A DNA stretch of 64,000 nt. Origin: a virus. Of the stretch, positions 37,041-45,790 are shown in pieces; the stretch's first letter is position 1; every line of letters begins with the position of its first letter. The notes under the pieces were generated by a model that saw nothing but the letters and a program-made list of their open reading frames with translations, searched no databases and had not been told where the DNA came from. The DNA is taken from positions 18,711 through 82,710 of the IMG/VR virus record IMGVR_UViG_3300024261_000015; one strand, 5' to 3'. A program made the translations under genes and the position numbers.

Positions 37041-37362
37041 GGTAATACTCCTCGGTTGCAGTGCATAGGTTCTCGAAATCGTTCCAACGCTTGTCGCTAA
37101 CTGCTTGAATAATAGCCGCAAGACGGTTGACAGGAACCCACCCCGCAACATCATCTGGAAGGACTACGAAATCATCCATTGAGTTCATCAAAGCCACTTC
37201 CATTGTGCTAGTGGCTTTTTCACCTCCAGGTGCAGTCCCGTTCCCGCTATTGTCGCAATGGTGCCTGCTGCCCGTACCGATGCTGAGCTTGAAGCCCTCA
37301 TCAAAGTATATCTGAAAGCCTTCGCTTCTAGTCTTGATAGACATTATCAACTGGCGATTCAT
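37033..37362 (-). CDS. hypothetical phage protein
   Basis: GFQIYFDEGFKLSI...HHCDN...EVA...DDVAGWV. Confidence 0.7.
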   Translation of the reverse strand: MNRQLIMSIKTRSEGFQIYFDEGFKLSIGTGSRHHCDNSGNGTAPGGEKATSTMEVALMNSMDDFVVLPDDVAGWVPVNRLAAIIQAVSDKRWNDFENLCTATEEYYHA

Positions 37363-37586
37363 ACGGAAACCCCCAACTTGGTAAGCGTGTAGCGTGTAAC
37401 CGTCTCAGCTTCGCCAGCAGTGATTTCGCACCTCTTGGCAAGCCCGAGAGCAACCCGATGGAAAGCCTGTTGAGGCGTGTAACCCTCTTCTTGGGTAAGG
37501 GTATAATCATCTACCAATCCAGGAAGGAGGACAGAGATGCCAGCATTGACCGCATCGCGTACGGCTTGTGTATCGTTGTTTATCAT
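37359..37586 (-). CDS. hypothetical protein
   Basis: TTGCAT-N17-TATAAT-N6-ATG. Confidence 0.6.
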   Translation of the reverse strand: MINNDTQAVRDAVNAGISVLLPGLVDDYTLTQEEGYTPQQAFHRVALGLAKRCEITAGEAETVTRYTLTKLGVSV

Positions 37587-37741
37587 ATTATCATTATACT
37601 CGATGGAGTGTGTGAATGCAACACCTATTTTGGTGAAATGCGTAAGTTTTCGTAAGTCGTTAGTCTGTAGGGGGTTGCGACTGAAATATAAGCCAGCCGC
37701 CGCAGAACCCGAGTCCAAGCATATTCAAGGCAAGTAGAACA

Positions 37742-37888
37742 TCAAGCATTTTGGCTCTGCTCCAAGAACTTGAGGGAAGCGGCTTCTAGCGTGTCCTCGC
37801 TTGAGTTCATCATGAGTTCAGCGAGTAGGAAGTTCAGGAAGAGGGGAAATTCCAAAGCCTGTGTGTAGTAACTGGTTTCTTTTATCAT
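37742..37888 (-). CDS. hypothetical small protein
   Basis: TTGCAA-N17-TATAAT-N6-ATG. Confidence 0.6.
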   Translation of the reverse strand: MIKETSYYTQALEFPLFLNFLLAELMMNSSEDTLEAASLKFLEQSQNA

Positions 37889-37925
37889 GTTTACATTATA
37901 CCCGATGAGGTGAGACATTGCAAGC

Positions 37926-38141
37926 TTAAAATCCCCAAAATGAGGATTTCTTTTCACCTGTCCCTGCGCTGATAAGGTGACGCTTGGCAGCTAGAATGTC
38001 CCAATCTGCCTTGTCCATCCATTCAATTACATCATAGGCGATAACACGCTTGTCCATGTCAGAGAGGACAGCCGTTGGCGTGGGAGGGAATAGGTATGCC
38101 GTGCAGAGCATACCAAGTAGAAAGGCGATAACTGATTTCAT
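37926..38141 (-). CDS. small exported or membrane protein
   Basis: signal-like N-terminus; leaderless promoter. Confidence 0.6.
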   Translation of the reverse strand: MKSVIAFLLGMLCTAYLFPPTPTAVLSDMDKRVIAYDVIEWMDKADWDILAAKRHLISAGTGEKKSSFWGF

Positions 38142-38589
38142 GTATAGCATTATACCCGCTTAGGTGAGGCATTGCAAGGACTTTCTGGACTTTTTTCCAG
38201 TATTTTTCAGTCGCTTGCTTGCGGTAGCCTTTGGGTCCGCCGTTGTGGATTCGGGCACACTTCTCAGCGTTGAACTTCTTAGGGTTCGTCCACGCTTCTT
38301 TGGCGTAGCGCGTCATGTAAGCGTCCACAATGCTCTTGGCATACGCACGGTCATAACAGTCCTTATATGAGCCACCGATGCCAGAGCGTTCTACAGCGTC
38401 CGTCCAGTATATTTTCCAGATTTGTAAGCAGCCTATGGCGTTCCCATTATCCCCTACAGCATCATCTTTGCCGTTGGACTCGACCTGAATCAGAGCGTCC
38501 AGCAGAGTGTCCTGTTGAGGTGTGTACTGTGCCATGACAGGAGTGGATAGAACTAACAGCGTTACAAGTGATTTCATCATATTTCTCAT
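38059..38589 (-). CDS. secreted lysozyme-fold enzyme (i-type/destabilase-like)
   Basis: signal peptide; ALIQVES; GCLQIWKIYW.DA; ARIHNGGPKG...YWKKV. Confidence 0.8.
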   Translation of the reverse strand: MRNMMKSLVTLLVLSTPVMAQYTPQQDTLLDALIQVESNGKDDAVGDNGNAIGCLQIWKIYWTDAVERSGIGGSYKDCYDRAYAKSIVDAYMTRYAKEAWTNPKKFNAEKCARIHNGGPKGYRKQATEKYWKKVQKVLAMPHLSGYNAIHEISYRLSTWYALHGIPIPSHANGCPL

Positions 38590-38836
38590 TATATTATATT
38601 ATCGACCATATTGCAAGCACTACTTGAGAAAAATGCAGTCTTTTTACCAGAATATATGGCATTCGTCGTAAGTCGTTGGTATGTAAGGACTTAGGGCGTT
38701 TTTGGGCCTTACTCTGCCATTATGGCAGGTCACGAGACTTTTTGCCTCACAGCGGAAAACTCCACACTAAGGGTCCCATCCGAGAGCTGGGAATAGGCAT
38801 TATATCCGAAGGTTCATGCTTTCTCTATAGGGACTC

Positions 38837-39172
38837 CTAAACACTAAAAGATTCACCACAACCACAGGACTTAGTAGCGTTGGGATTAACAAATTTGAAA
38901 CCTCTACCCATTAAACCTTCCTCAAAATCAATAATGGTATTATTCAAATACAAAAAACTTTTAGGGTCGCACACTATCTCCAAATCTTTGGGTTGCCATT
39001 CTTTAATAGAAATTTGGTCTGTTTTATTCCGAATGTCATCGAACCCCAATGAATAAGAAAATCCAGAACATCCTCCGCCCTTCACCCCCACACGCAGACA
39101 TACATCTCCGAGCTTCTGTTCAAATACAATCTTTCCGACCTCGATGGATGCTCTATCACTTAACATTATCAT
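38837..39172 (-). CDS. iscA: A-type Fe-S cluster carrier (IscA/HesB/ErpA family)
   Basis: LRVGVKGGGCSGFSY; NPNATKSCGCGESF. Confidence 0.93.
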   Translation of the reverse strand: MIMLSDRASIEVGKIVFEQKLGDVCLRVGVKGGGCSGFSYSLGFDDIRNKTDQISIKEWQPKDLEIVCDPKSFLYLNNTIIDFEEGLMGRGFKFVNPNATKSCGCGESFSV

Positions 39173-39289
39173 GGTGTTATGTAGGGTGGGACTCCTTTAA
39201 AAAAAAAGGGTCTTAATTCTCAAAAAAAAAATAAAAAGTAATAAATGACTGTGCGGGCTTAACCCCTAAATATTGTAGAGAATAACATT

Positions 39290-40246
39290 ATGCCCGAAGC
39301 CCCCATTGCCCCCACACCCGCGCCCGTAAATAACGCCCTTTCGGGTGGTACCTGGATTTCAGGAACAGGACAAAACCAAGTAAGTGGTGCAGTTTCCGCT
39401 ACATCTGCTTATGCTGAAATTACTCAATGGTTAACCATTGAGTATACTAGGAACCCTGATTGGACTGACCGAGTGCCACAGCCCTCAGTTAGAAATCTAT
39501 CTTACTTTAGCGGTACGGAGCAGGTTAATATAACTAGTACTAGGTTACATTTTAATATCACTGGTCACACTTCCTGTAAAAAAGTATTTCAGGCTTATGG
39601 TACCAGTGCTTTTTACCAACCTCAAAAGTTCTCGGTCTTAGCTAATGAATTCGATAAGGTTGGTATGTCCTACGGGAGTGTTGACGGTTCTGGTAATGCG
39701 TTTGTGTTTGGGCCTCAAGGGTCTGTACAAACTATCCAACCTTATATAAACAGGGTTCCCTGGGTTGACGGTATTCATACCGTGTACTCTTTAACTCAAA
39801 CGGGTACCACTGACGGTATGCGCGAATGGCCCTTTACAATGCCGATTCCAAACCAGTACGCGTGGTTGCCTAGTAATATTTATAGACCTTATCGTGATTA
39901 TGAATCCATCGAGTCAGACATTTACGACAATGTGGACGAAGTCTATAACGGTCCAGGGGGAAGAGATTTAAAAAGGAAATCAATACGAATGGTTGGCAAT
40001 TGTTTCCTTATGGGAGGCGGAGGTTATAACACCTCTTCAGAACCAGGGTATGGCGATAATGTTGTAGGCTTACAACACTTAATTTCGTTTATCGAATCGA
40101 ATTGCGGTATCTTGACGAACTCAGGCAACTCCCAGAGATTTCTTAAGCTTATACCTACCGTCTCTAACGGCCATGGCTGGATTCAGTCTGGGGATTGGAT
40201 TGCTATAAATCCTTACTACAATACTGGGTTTCACGACTACACGTAA
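39290..40246 (+). CDS. hypothetical Gly/Ser/Thr-rich protein, possibly virion
   Basis: follows a CCTAAATA motif; beta-rich composition. Confidence 0.6.
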   Translation: MPEAPIAPTPAPVNNALSGGTWISGTGQNQVSGAVSATSAYAEITQWLTIEYTRNPDWTDRVPQPSVRNLSYFSGTEQVNITSTRLHFNITGHTSCKKVFQAYGTSAFYQPQKFSVLANEFDKVGMSYGSVDGSGNAFVFGPQGSVQTIQPYINRVPWVDGIHTVYSLTQTGTTDGMREWPFTMPIPNQYAWLPSNIYRPYRDYESIESDIYDNVDEVYNGPGGRDLKRKSIRMVGNCFLMGGGGYNTSSEPGYGDNVVGLQHLISFIESNCGILTNSGNSQRFLKLIPTVSNGHGWIQSGDWIAINPYYNTGFHDYT

Positions 40247-40464
40247 TGGAGAAAATTTTACTAGAGTACGGGGTATTAGGAGCTTGGGTTATATTCAGTA
40301 TAGTTCGTGAGAGATTCCTTATAAAGAGGATGGACGCTAATGCTTTAAGATTTGACCTTGAGCGTTCTAATTGGAATGAAGAGAGAACTCGGATGGTACG
40401 AATCTTAGACGGTCAATTAAACGGTAAACCCTTTGACAAGTCTCAAATGTACTGGGAAAAGTAA
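40246..40464 (+). CDS. small membrane protein, possibly holin-like
   Basis: MEKILLEYGVLGAWVIF, then a charged coiled tail. Confidence 0.5.
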   Translation: MEKILLEYGVLGAWVIFSIVRERFLIKRMDANALRFDLERSNWNEERTRMVRILDGQLNGKPFDKSQMYWEK

Positions 40465-40471
40465 CCGCTGG

Positions 40472-40783
40472 TTAGCGGCCATCCCTAACTCGTTTCTTAA
40501 ATTCTTCGTACTGCTCATCAACAGTTAGCCTTGTACCATCGGAGAAGGTAACATCTAAGTATTCAGATTTGGGGTTACGCACCCTAGACAGTACTAGAGC
40601 AGGGTCAAAAATAGGTGTAATGCTAATAATTTGGCGCGTATTGATAAGGGTAGTCTCGTACCCTTTACCCTTCTGCTCTGACCACATAGGGATAAACCCA
40701 TCTGGGTTCTGGGAGAAGTTACTAGTGGCGAAGGGAATAACCCCTGCAATGCCACATACTAATGCTAATTCTTTAATATTCAT
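40472..40783 (-). CDS. exported hypothetical protein
   Basis: signal-like N-terminus; INTRQIISI...FSDG. Confidence 0.55.
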   Translation of the reverse strand: MNIKELALVCGIAGVIPFATSNFSQNPDGFIPMWSEQKGKGYETTLINTRQIISITPIFDPALVLSRVRNPKSEYLDVTFSDGTRLTVDEQYEEFKKRVRDGR

Positions 40784-40801
40784 GTTTAGTTACTCGAAAG
40801 T

Positions 40802-41005
40802 CTAGCGCATCCTTACAGGATGTAAGATGCCTAATTGTTCCCCAACATCAGATAGTTGTTGGTAAGTGGCTGCAATCCTCTCGCGCGAAGCTCTGTAAGC
40901 CCCTTCTGAGGCGATGTGAATAAACTTGGTTGCGTGCCCATCCTCTTGGGATTTTAACAGCTTCTCAAGTTTAGCGTGTTTTTCTTTTAGTTGTGTGGTA
41001 TCCAT
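40802..41005 (-). CDS. hypothetical protein
   Basis: coupled ORF. Confidence 0.55.
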   Translation of the reverse strand: MDTTQLKEKHAKLEKLLKSQEDGHATKFIHIASEGAYRASRERIAATYQQLSDVGEQLGILHPVRMR

Positions 41006-41006
41006 T

Positions 41007-41549
41007 TTAGTTACTCCAGAAATTTAATATATATGTCCCACTTAAAGGTGATGACCAACTAAGAGGGTCAATCTCCATAATCAGGTCATTGTTATAGAAC
41101 GCATCATATGGAATCTCTACATCTAAGGCAACTACGGTTCCATTACTTGATGCCCATGTCCCTAGGAGTTGATGTCCTGTGATGATACCTGTGTCATCTA
41201 CTACAGTCTGCCACAGTTTAACTCTTGGGGTGTTGCTTGCGTCTGTCTCTACCGTGAAATTAAATAATGTAGACTCGGCTCCTGTTGCAGGGTTCAAGAA
41301 GAATGCGTAGCAATCAATATCTTCAGCCGAATTATTAAAATCTCCTAGGAGGCTACTTTGGGAGTTTGAATCAGGGAGGACTGTAAGGAACTGTGCTGTC
41401 TTAAGCGTGTTATTGGGCTCCACCTCCGTGTAGTCATATTCAGGGTCAGCAGGAGGGTCGCCAGGGCCGTCTGAAGGGACGCTGGTTCCCCCACATCCTG
41501 TGAGTAAAGCAGCGGTTAATAGTAGCTCAAACTTCATCATCTTCCTCAA
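41007..41549 (-). CDS. lipoprotein with PPC-like domain
   Basis: lipobox LLTGC; EVEPNNT..TAQ; DIDCYAF. Confidence 0.7.
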   Translation of the reverse strand: MRKMMKFELLLTAALLTGCGGTSVPSDGPGDPPADPEYDYTEVEPNNTLKTAQFLTVLPDSNSQSSLLGDFNNSAEDIDCYAFFLNPATGAESTLFNFTVETDASNTPRVKLWQTVVDDTGIITGHQLLGTWASSNGTVVALDVEIPYDAFYNNDLIMEIDPLSWSSPLSGTYILNFWSN

Positions 41550-41769
41550 GTTCAGCCTCAGCCTTCTCAGCCTTCTCAGCCTTCTCAGCCTTCTCAGCCT
41601 CAGCCACCTCCGAGTACAGGGTAGCTCGCTTCTCTATAAACTCAGCCTGTCTAGCCTCTAACCCAGGGGTAATAGCAGCCATCACCTCGTCCATAGTCTT
41701 CTTAACGAGGTCCTCTATCTCATCGTCAGTCATTTTTTTGTTATCTTTCATAGTATTACTCCCCCTCAT
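41527..41769 (-). CDS. acidic protein with AEK tandem repeat
   Basis: 9-bp tandem repeat TCAGCCTTC at about 41558-41600. Confidence 0.6.
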   Translation of the reverse strand: MRGSNTMKDNKKMTDDEIEDLVKKTMDEVMAAITPGLEARQAEFIEKRATLYSEVAEAEKAEKAEKAEKAEAELEEDDEV

Positions 41770-42370
41770 TTAGGCTATCGGCCTCTACTAAGGTATTCAA
41801 GTACCATTGCGCCTTTTTCATATCTTCGCTCCTCTTACCTTTATAATTACTCCGAAGAACATACTTCAGAACTGAGCCTTGAAGATAACCTTGGTACTGG
41901 TCTGGGGTTAGCTTTGCAGCAAGAACATCAATAGCTTCCATGTTTCCTTCGGTATAATGTCCTGGGCTATTAACCATATCCTTTTCTACTGTATCATTAT
42001 CATAAGGCCCAGGGTCAGGAGGAATGTAATGGTCTGGGTGATTAACCGCATCAGCGTCAATACTACCTTCAGGGACGAAAGCACTCCTGGGATTAACCCT
42101 TCCCACCTGACGCACAGGGTCGAATTTAGGTACACTCTTTACTTCGTCTGCGGGGAGGGGGGTGTCGAACTTCCACTCCCTCTTCCTAAGAGGAGCCGTA
42201 GTAGGCAAACTCACTTCCTCAGCATCCTTGGACTTAGCCTCAAATGCGGGACCTCCAGGGGGGTGGTCCAAGCCCCTCGCGTAGGGGTGTTCTTCCATAT
42301 AAGCCCTATAAAAAGAGTCTATCTTGGAGTCTAATTTGTTAGAATTGTGGGCGTAATTGTTATCGGTCAT
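41756..42370 (-). CDS. DUF3310 (SaV-like) protein
   Basis: DMVNSPGHYT..EAID; KYVLR...KG..EDMKKAQWYL; DAVNHPDHY duplicated upstream. Confidence 0.85.
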   Translation of the reverse strand: MTDNNYAHNSNKLDSKIDSFYRAYMEEHPYARGLDHPPGGPAFEAKSKDAEEVSLPTTAPLRKREWKFDTPLPADEVKSVPKFDPVRQVGRVNPRSAFVPEGSIDADAVNHPDHYIPPDPGPYDNDTVEKDMVNSPGHYTEGNMEAIDVLAAKLTPDQYQGYLQGSVLKYVLRSNYKGKRSEDMKKAQWYLNTLVEADSLNEGE

Positions 42371-42451
42371 GTTGTGTTTAGGTAGGGGGGTCGGGGCGTT
42401 TAAGCACCCATCTCTTACACTATAATAGTCAGGGTCCCTAAATATTTTACT

Positions 42452-42790
42452 ATGTATAAATATTATATTGAAGTATTACGCGTGCTTGACGGGGACACTG
42501 TTGACGCAATGGTGGATTTAGGGTTTAAAATATGGACTAAGAAACGTATACGTTTTTCGGGGATAGATGCTCCTGAGACACGTACGAGAAACCTAGAAGA
42601 GAAGGCGCGTGGCATTATCTGCAAAAACCGAGTAATAGAACTTCTTGAAAAGAATGATATGAAGGCAGAGCTAATATGTCACGGTATCGGTAAGTATGGA
42701 CGCGTCTTAGGGGCTCTCCGAGTTAAATCTGAGAGGGATACCATAAACGATATTTTGGTACTTGAAGGCTTAGCTGCTACTTACGAATAA
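42452..42790 (+). CDS. thermonuclease (SNase-like)
   Basis: RVLDGDTV; RIRFSGIDAPETR; GKYGRVLG; EGLA. Confidence 0.92.
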   Translation: MYKYYIEVLRVLDGDTVDAMVDLGFKIWTKKRIRFSGIDAPETRTRNLEEKARGIICKNRVIELLEKNDMKAELICHGIGKYGRVLGALRVKSERDTINDILVLEGLAATYE

Positions 42791-42840
42791 CTAGTGGTTT
42801 TTATAGGGGAACACCCTATATATTTTTAGGAACGCCTATT

Positions 42841-43083
42841 ATGCCTGCCTCAGAACCAAAATCCACTATCTCGCAGAAAACTCTACTACCCATGAGTCTT
42901 GTCGCTGCTATCTGCGCTGGGGTAATTTGGATTAACTCCACCCTGATTGCAATTGATTTCAAGCTTCAAGCAATCGAACTTGAATTAGAGAAAGAATTCA
43001 CTAAGACTGAGATGGAAAACTGGATTCTCAGGTTTAAGATGGAAAATCCTAGTATAATCATTCCCAAAGTGCTTGATGACTAG
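42841..43083 (+). CDS. small membrane protein
   Basis: single hydrophobic segment. Confidence 0.55.
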   Translation: MPASEPKSTISQKTLLPMSLVAAICAGVIWINSTLIAIDFKLQAIELELEKEFTKTEMENWILRFKMENPSIIIPKVLDD

Positions 43084-43508
43084 TCTACGATAAGGTCTTC
43101 ACAGAACTCTACAATTACGTCACACTCTTTTAGAAAATGAACTCCACTCTGGTCGGAGTACTTTTCACCACACACGACGCGTTTAATCCCTGATTGGATA
43201 ATTAGCTTCGCGCATTGAAAGCAGGGGGAGAGTGTGACATATAGTGTGGCGGTGTCACTACTCTGAGTCCCCCGTGCAAGCTTTGTAAGGGCGTTAGATT
43301 CGGCGTGGAGTACCTCTGGGAGTGTTTGGCCGTCTCTCCCTTCGCACCTGTTAGAGAAGCCTTTAGGCGTCCCATTGAATCCATCAGATATAATCTGATT
43401 GTCTTTTACGACTAACGCGCCCACTTGTTTGCGGGTAGCGTGGGAGAGTTTACCCCATCTCCACGCCATGTCCATGTAAGCTAAATCTAAATCTTCTTGG
43501 GTAGCCAT
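43080..43508 (-). CDS. dCMP deaminase
   Basis: QVGA; GFNGTP; HAESNA; SPCFQCAK. Confidence 0.94.
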   Translation of the reverse strand: MATQEDLDLAYMDMAWRWGKLSHATRKQVGALVVKDNQIISDGFNGTPKGFSNRCEGRDGQTLPEVLHAESNALTKLARGTQSSDTATLYVTLSPCFQCAKLIIQSGIKRVVCGEKYSDQSGVHFLKECDVIVEFCEDLIVD

Positions 43509-44119
43509 TTTTTATATCCAAATACTTTAAAATCTTGATGGTAATAGCTATTTACTCTTTCAATATCTTTTTTAGTATACCATTCCTTTGAGGGTTTAGA
43601 GCTTCCTGAGTTATTCGCATGAGGAAGGGGTATTGAAGGCAAGTTTAACTCTTTTAGTAATGCGTTAAAATCTTCTTTTATCTTTTCGAACCGTAAAATC
43701 TTATCAGGCACAACAACATCTCCACGCTTTACATACTCCACCTGAGGGATTGTGGCATGAAGTGTATTTACAGAGGCACTTATGTCCTCTAGAGAGGTTA
43801 AAAACTCGGAAAATGAAATGTCTTTTAATTCACCACGTTTTTGATGCCATGTAAAAAGGGATAGCACTCTATCGTAAGGATTTCTTACAACAGAAAAGAT
43901 ATAATCAAACTTAGTTACATCTTTAACAGGTATTCGGCATCTTTCTCCTAAACCATGATGTTTTTTTGGGTATTGTCCGTTCCCACAGACTGAGTCTGCT
44001 GAACCTATAACACTTACCAAGTCACTAGTATCGAACGCGATTCCGATTGACGTTCCTGCCGTTTTACAGATATCTATAAATAAAATATCTTTACCAGTTT
44101 CATTTACCTTTAAAATCAT
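43487..44119 (-). CDS. sulfotransferase (Sulfotransfer_2-like)
   Basis: FIDICKTAGTSI; FSVVRNPYDRVLS; RFE; DFKVFGY. Confidence 0.85.
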   Translation of the reverse strand: MILKVNETGKDILFIDICKTAGTSIGIAFDTSDLVSVIGSADSVCGNGQYPKKHHGLGERCRIPVKDVTKFDYIFSVVRNPYDRVLSLFTWHQKRGELKDISFSEFLTSLEDISASVNTLHATIPQVEYVKRGDVVVPDKILRFEKIKEDFNALLKELNLPSIPLPHANNSGSSKPSKEWYTKKDIERVNSYYHQDFKVFGYKKWLPKKI

Positions 44120-44257
44120 CTAAATCTTATCGGGTAGCCATTTAACCAATTAGTTTCGCTAAAGCAATAAAACCTGCAAGAGATAAAAGTACAAATACAA
44201 GGGCTTCAAGTATTTTACCTGCTGTCACTTCTTTTTTATTTCTTTTATCTCTAAGTT

Positions 44258-44485
44258 TCATAACTTTTCCTCAAATTGGTCCCACGTAGCTAAAGCAAGA
44301 GCTACAACCTGTCTAGATTGGATTGACCCCTCCGACTTACCCGCATAGTTCTCTATATTTAAAAGATACTGTTGTAGTTTGGGGGGTAGAAACCCATCCT
44401 TTACTAGGTCAGGTCGCATTTCCTTTGCAAGGTAAATAATAAAATATTCATGCATTGGAAACTCACTTGTCCCATAGTTTGGCAT
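44258..44485 (-). CDS. hypothetical protein
   Basis: ORF in minus-strand operon. Confidence 0.5.
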   Translation of the reverse strand: MPNYGTSEFPMHEYFIIYLAKEMRPDLVKDGFLPPKLQQYLLNIENYAGKSEGSIQSRQVVALALATWDQFEEKL

Positions 44486-44834
44486 CTTGACCTAGAAAGA
44501 AATCGTGCGCTCCGAAGCGAGGCTCATTAGCTTTCGTATGCTCATTAGACTCTTGCGAGCGGTAAAACTCCATCATGTCTGGTTCACTTAGCTCACTCAA
44601 TTCCTTTGCAGCCTTACGCTGCTCAGGGGAGAGGTTCCTGTTACCCCGCTGTTTCATGCGCTTCTGTCGCTCAATTTTCATACCTCGCTCCTCCTGGTCC
44701 CAATGGCTTTGATGGGGGGTCATTCGTTTACGCTCACTCTGCCTTCCTTTGTTGAAGGGCTTGGTAAAGCTAAGGACGGCACACGCAATGATTGCGAGCC
44801 ACATAAAGTTCTTCTCTGTCATTAAATTTTTCAT
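44463..44834 (-). CDS. membrane-anchored hypothetical protein
   Basis: N-terminus MKNLMTEKNFMW resembles the upstream 42-aa ORF 44839..44967 (MKKYLTEKNLLW). Confidence 0.6.
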   Translation of the reverse strand: MKNLMTEKNFMWLAIIACAVLSFTKPFNKGRQSERKRMTPHQSHWDQEERGMKIERQKRMKQRGNRNLSPEQRKAAKELSELSEPDMMEFYRSQESNEHTKANEPRFGAHDFFLGQDAKLWDK

Positions 44835-44976
44835 AGTATTATTTTCCTTTTACGGGTATAGGGGCACAAATGCTGTCACAAATATGCTTTACTTGTAGGA
44901 CACTAACGACTGTTAACACAGCCAAAATAGCCCACAAGAGATTTTTCTCTGTTAGATACTTCTTCATAAGTTTTAA

Positions 44977-45780
44977 TTACTGGTTGGGCCAGTCATCCCA
45001 AGTGTTGATGTCCATAAAAGTTCCATCATCCCACACATTTCCGTTGACCTGAATCCAAGGGTCATAGTCCCATTGAAGAACACCAAAACGAAAATCGGTT
45101 CCAAAAGTATTATCATTGAACCTAATCCTAGTGGGGCTAGGAATGCCCCCAGATGCGTGTTCTGTAATATATACAGTATAGTTACCTCCTTGAAAATGGT
45201 TGCCCCAAATCAAAATCCGCTCAACGGGTGCTAATTGTGTTTGTATTATAATACAGGCATTACTGTTATACCCATTCGCGTCTGCAAAGCTAACAGGCAT
45301 ATCAAAGTGGTTATAAGCAATCATAACATCCGAACCTCCTGTCATTTGCAGTCCGTCAGCATGGGAACCCGAATTCCTGCCAATACGGGCAATATAATTA
45401 CCTATAATTCGACAATGCCCTTTGGTAGAGATTTTAATTGCGTCTGCTCCACACTCCTGAATATCATTACCGATGACTCTAGCGTACTGTACATATACAG
45501 CGGAAGAATTGGAACCTCTAAAGGTACAGTTCTCAACCAACAGATTAGTAGAGCGGGGCTGACTATTAGAATCATAATAGACATTAGAAAGCCCATAAGA
45601 CCCTGCGTTGATAGGAAGCAAGAAGGTACAGTTTCTAACGATAACATCGTGAGCTTTCACAGAGAGTTGACTCGTAAAAGCTTGTCCGTCAATGATAGTA
45701 CCGTCTACGGTAATAACATCAGCGATTGCTGGCGCGGTAGCACCTAGCAGTAAGAGGGTAGTTAAAATAAGTTTCTTCAT
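44977..45780 (-). CDS. secreted right-handed parallel beta-helix protein (copy 2)
   Basis: signal peptide; VENCTF, HADGLQ and NHF repeats. Confidence 0.8.
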   Translation of the reverse strand: MKKLILTTLLLLGATAPAIADVITVDGTIIDGQAFTSQLSVKAHDVIVRNCTFLLPINAGSYGLSNVYYDSNSQPRSTNLLVENCTFRGSNSSAVYVQYARVIGNDIQECGADAIKISTKGHCRIIGNYIARIGRNSGSHADGLQMTGGSDVMIAYNHFDMPVSFADANGYNSNACIIIQTQLAPVERILIWGNHFQGGNYTVYITEHASGGIPSPTRIRFNDNTFGTDFRFGVLQWDYDPWIQVNGNVWDDGTFMDINTWDDWPNQ

Positions 45781-45790
45781 AGTGTTTTCC

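Larger units (their letters stand above)
31322..38695. repeat. array of eight 29-bp 11-7-11 inverted-repeat sites, most followed by a GC palindrome
   Basis: sites at 31322-31350, 32514-32542, 33557-33585, 34171-34199, 35795-35823, 36866-36894, 37651-37679 and 38667-38695. Confidence 0.9.

Noticed and set aside
31322-38695. CRISPR array interpretation of the 29-bp repeats
   Set aside because: Spacing is 0.6-1.6 kb with whole genes between copies, the repeat centre varies, and there is no cas operon.
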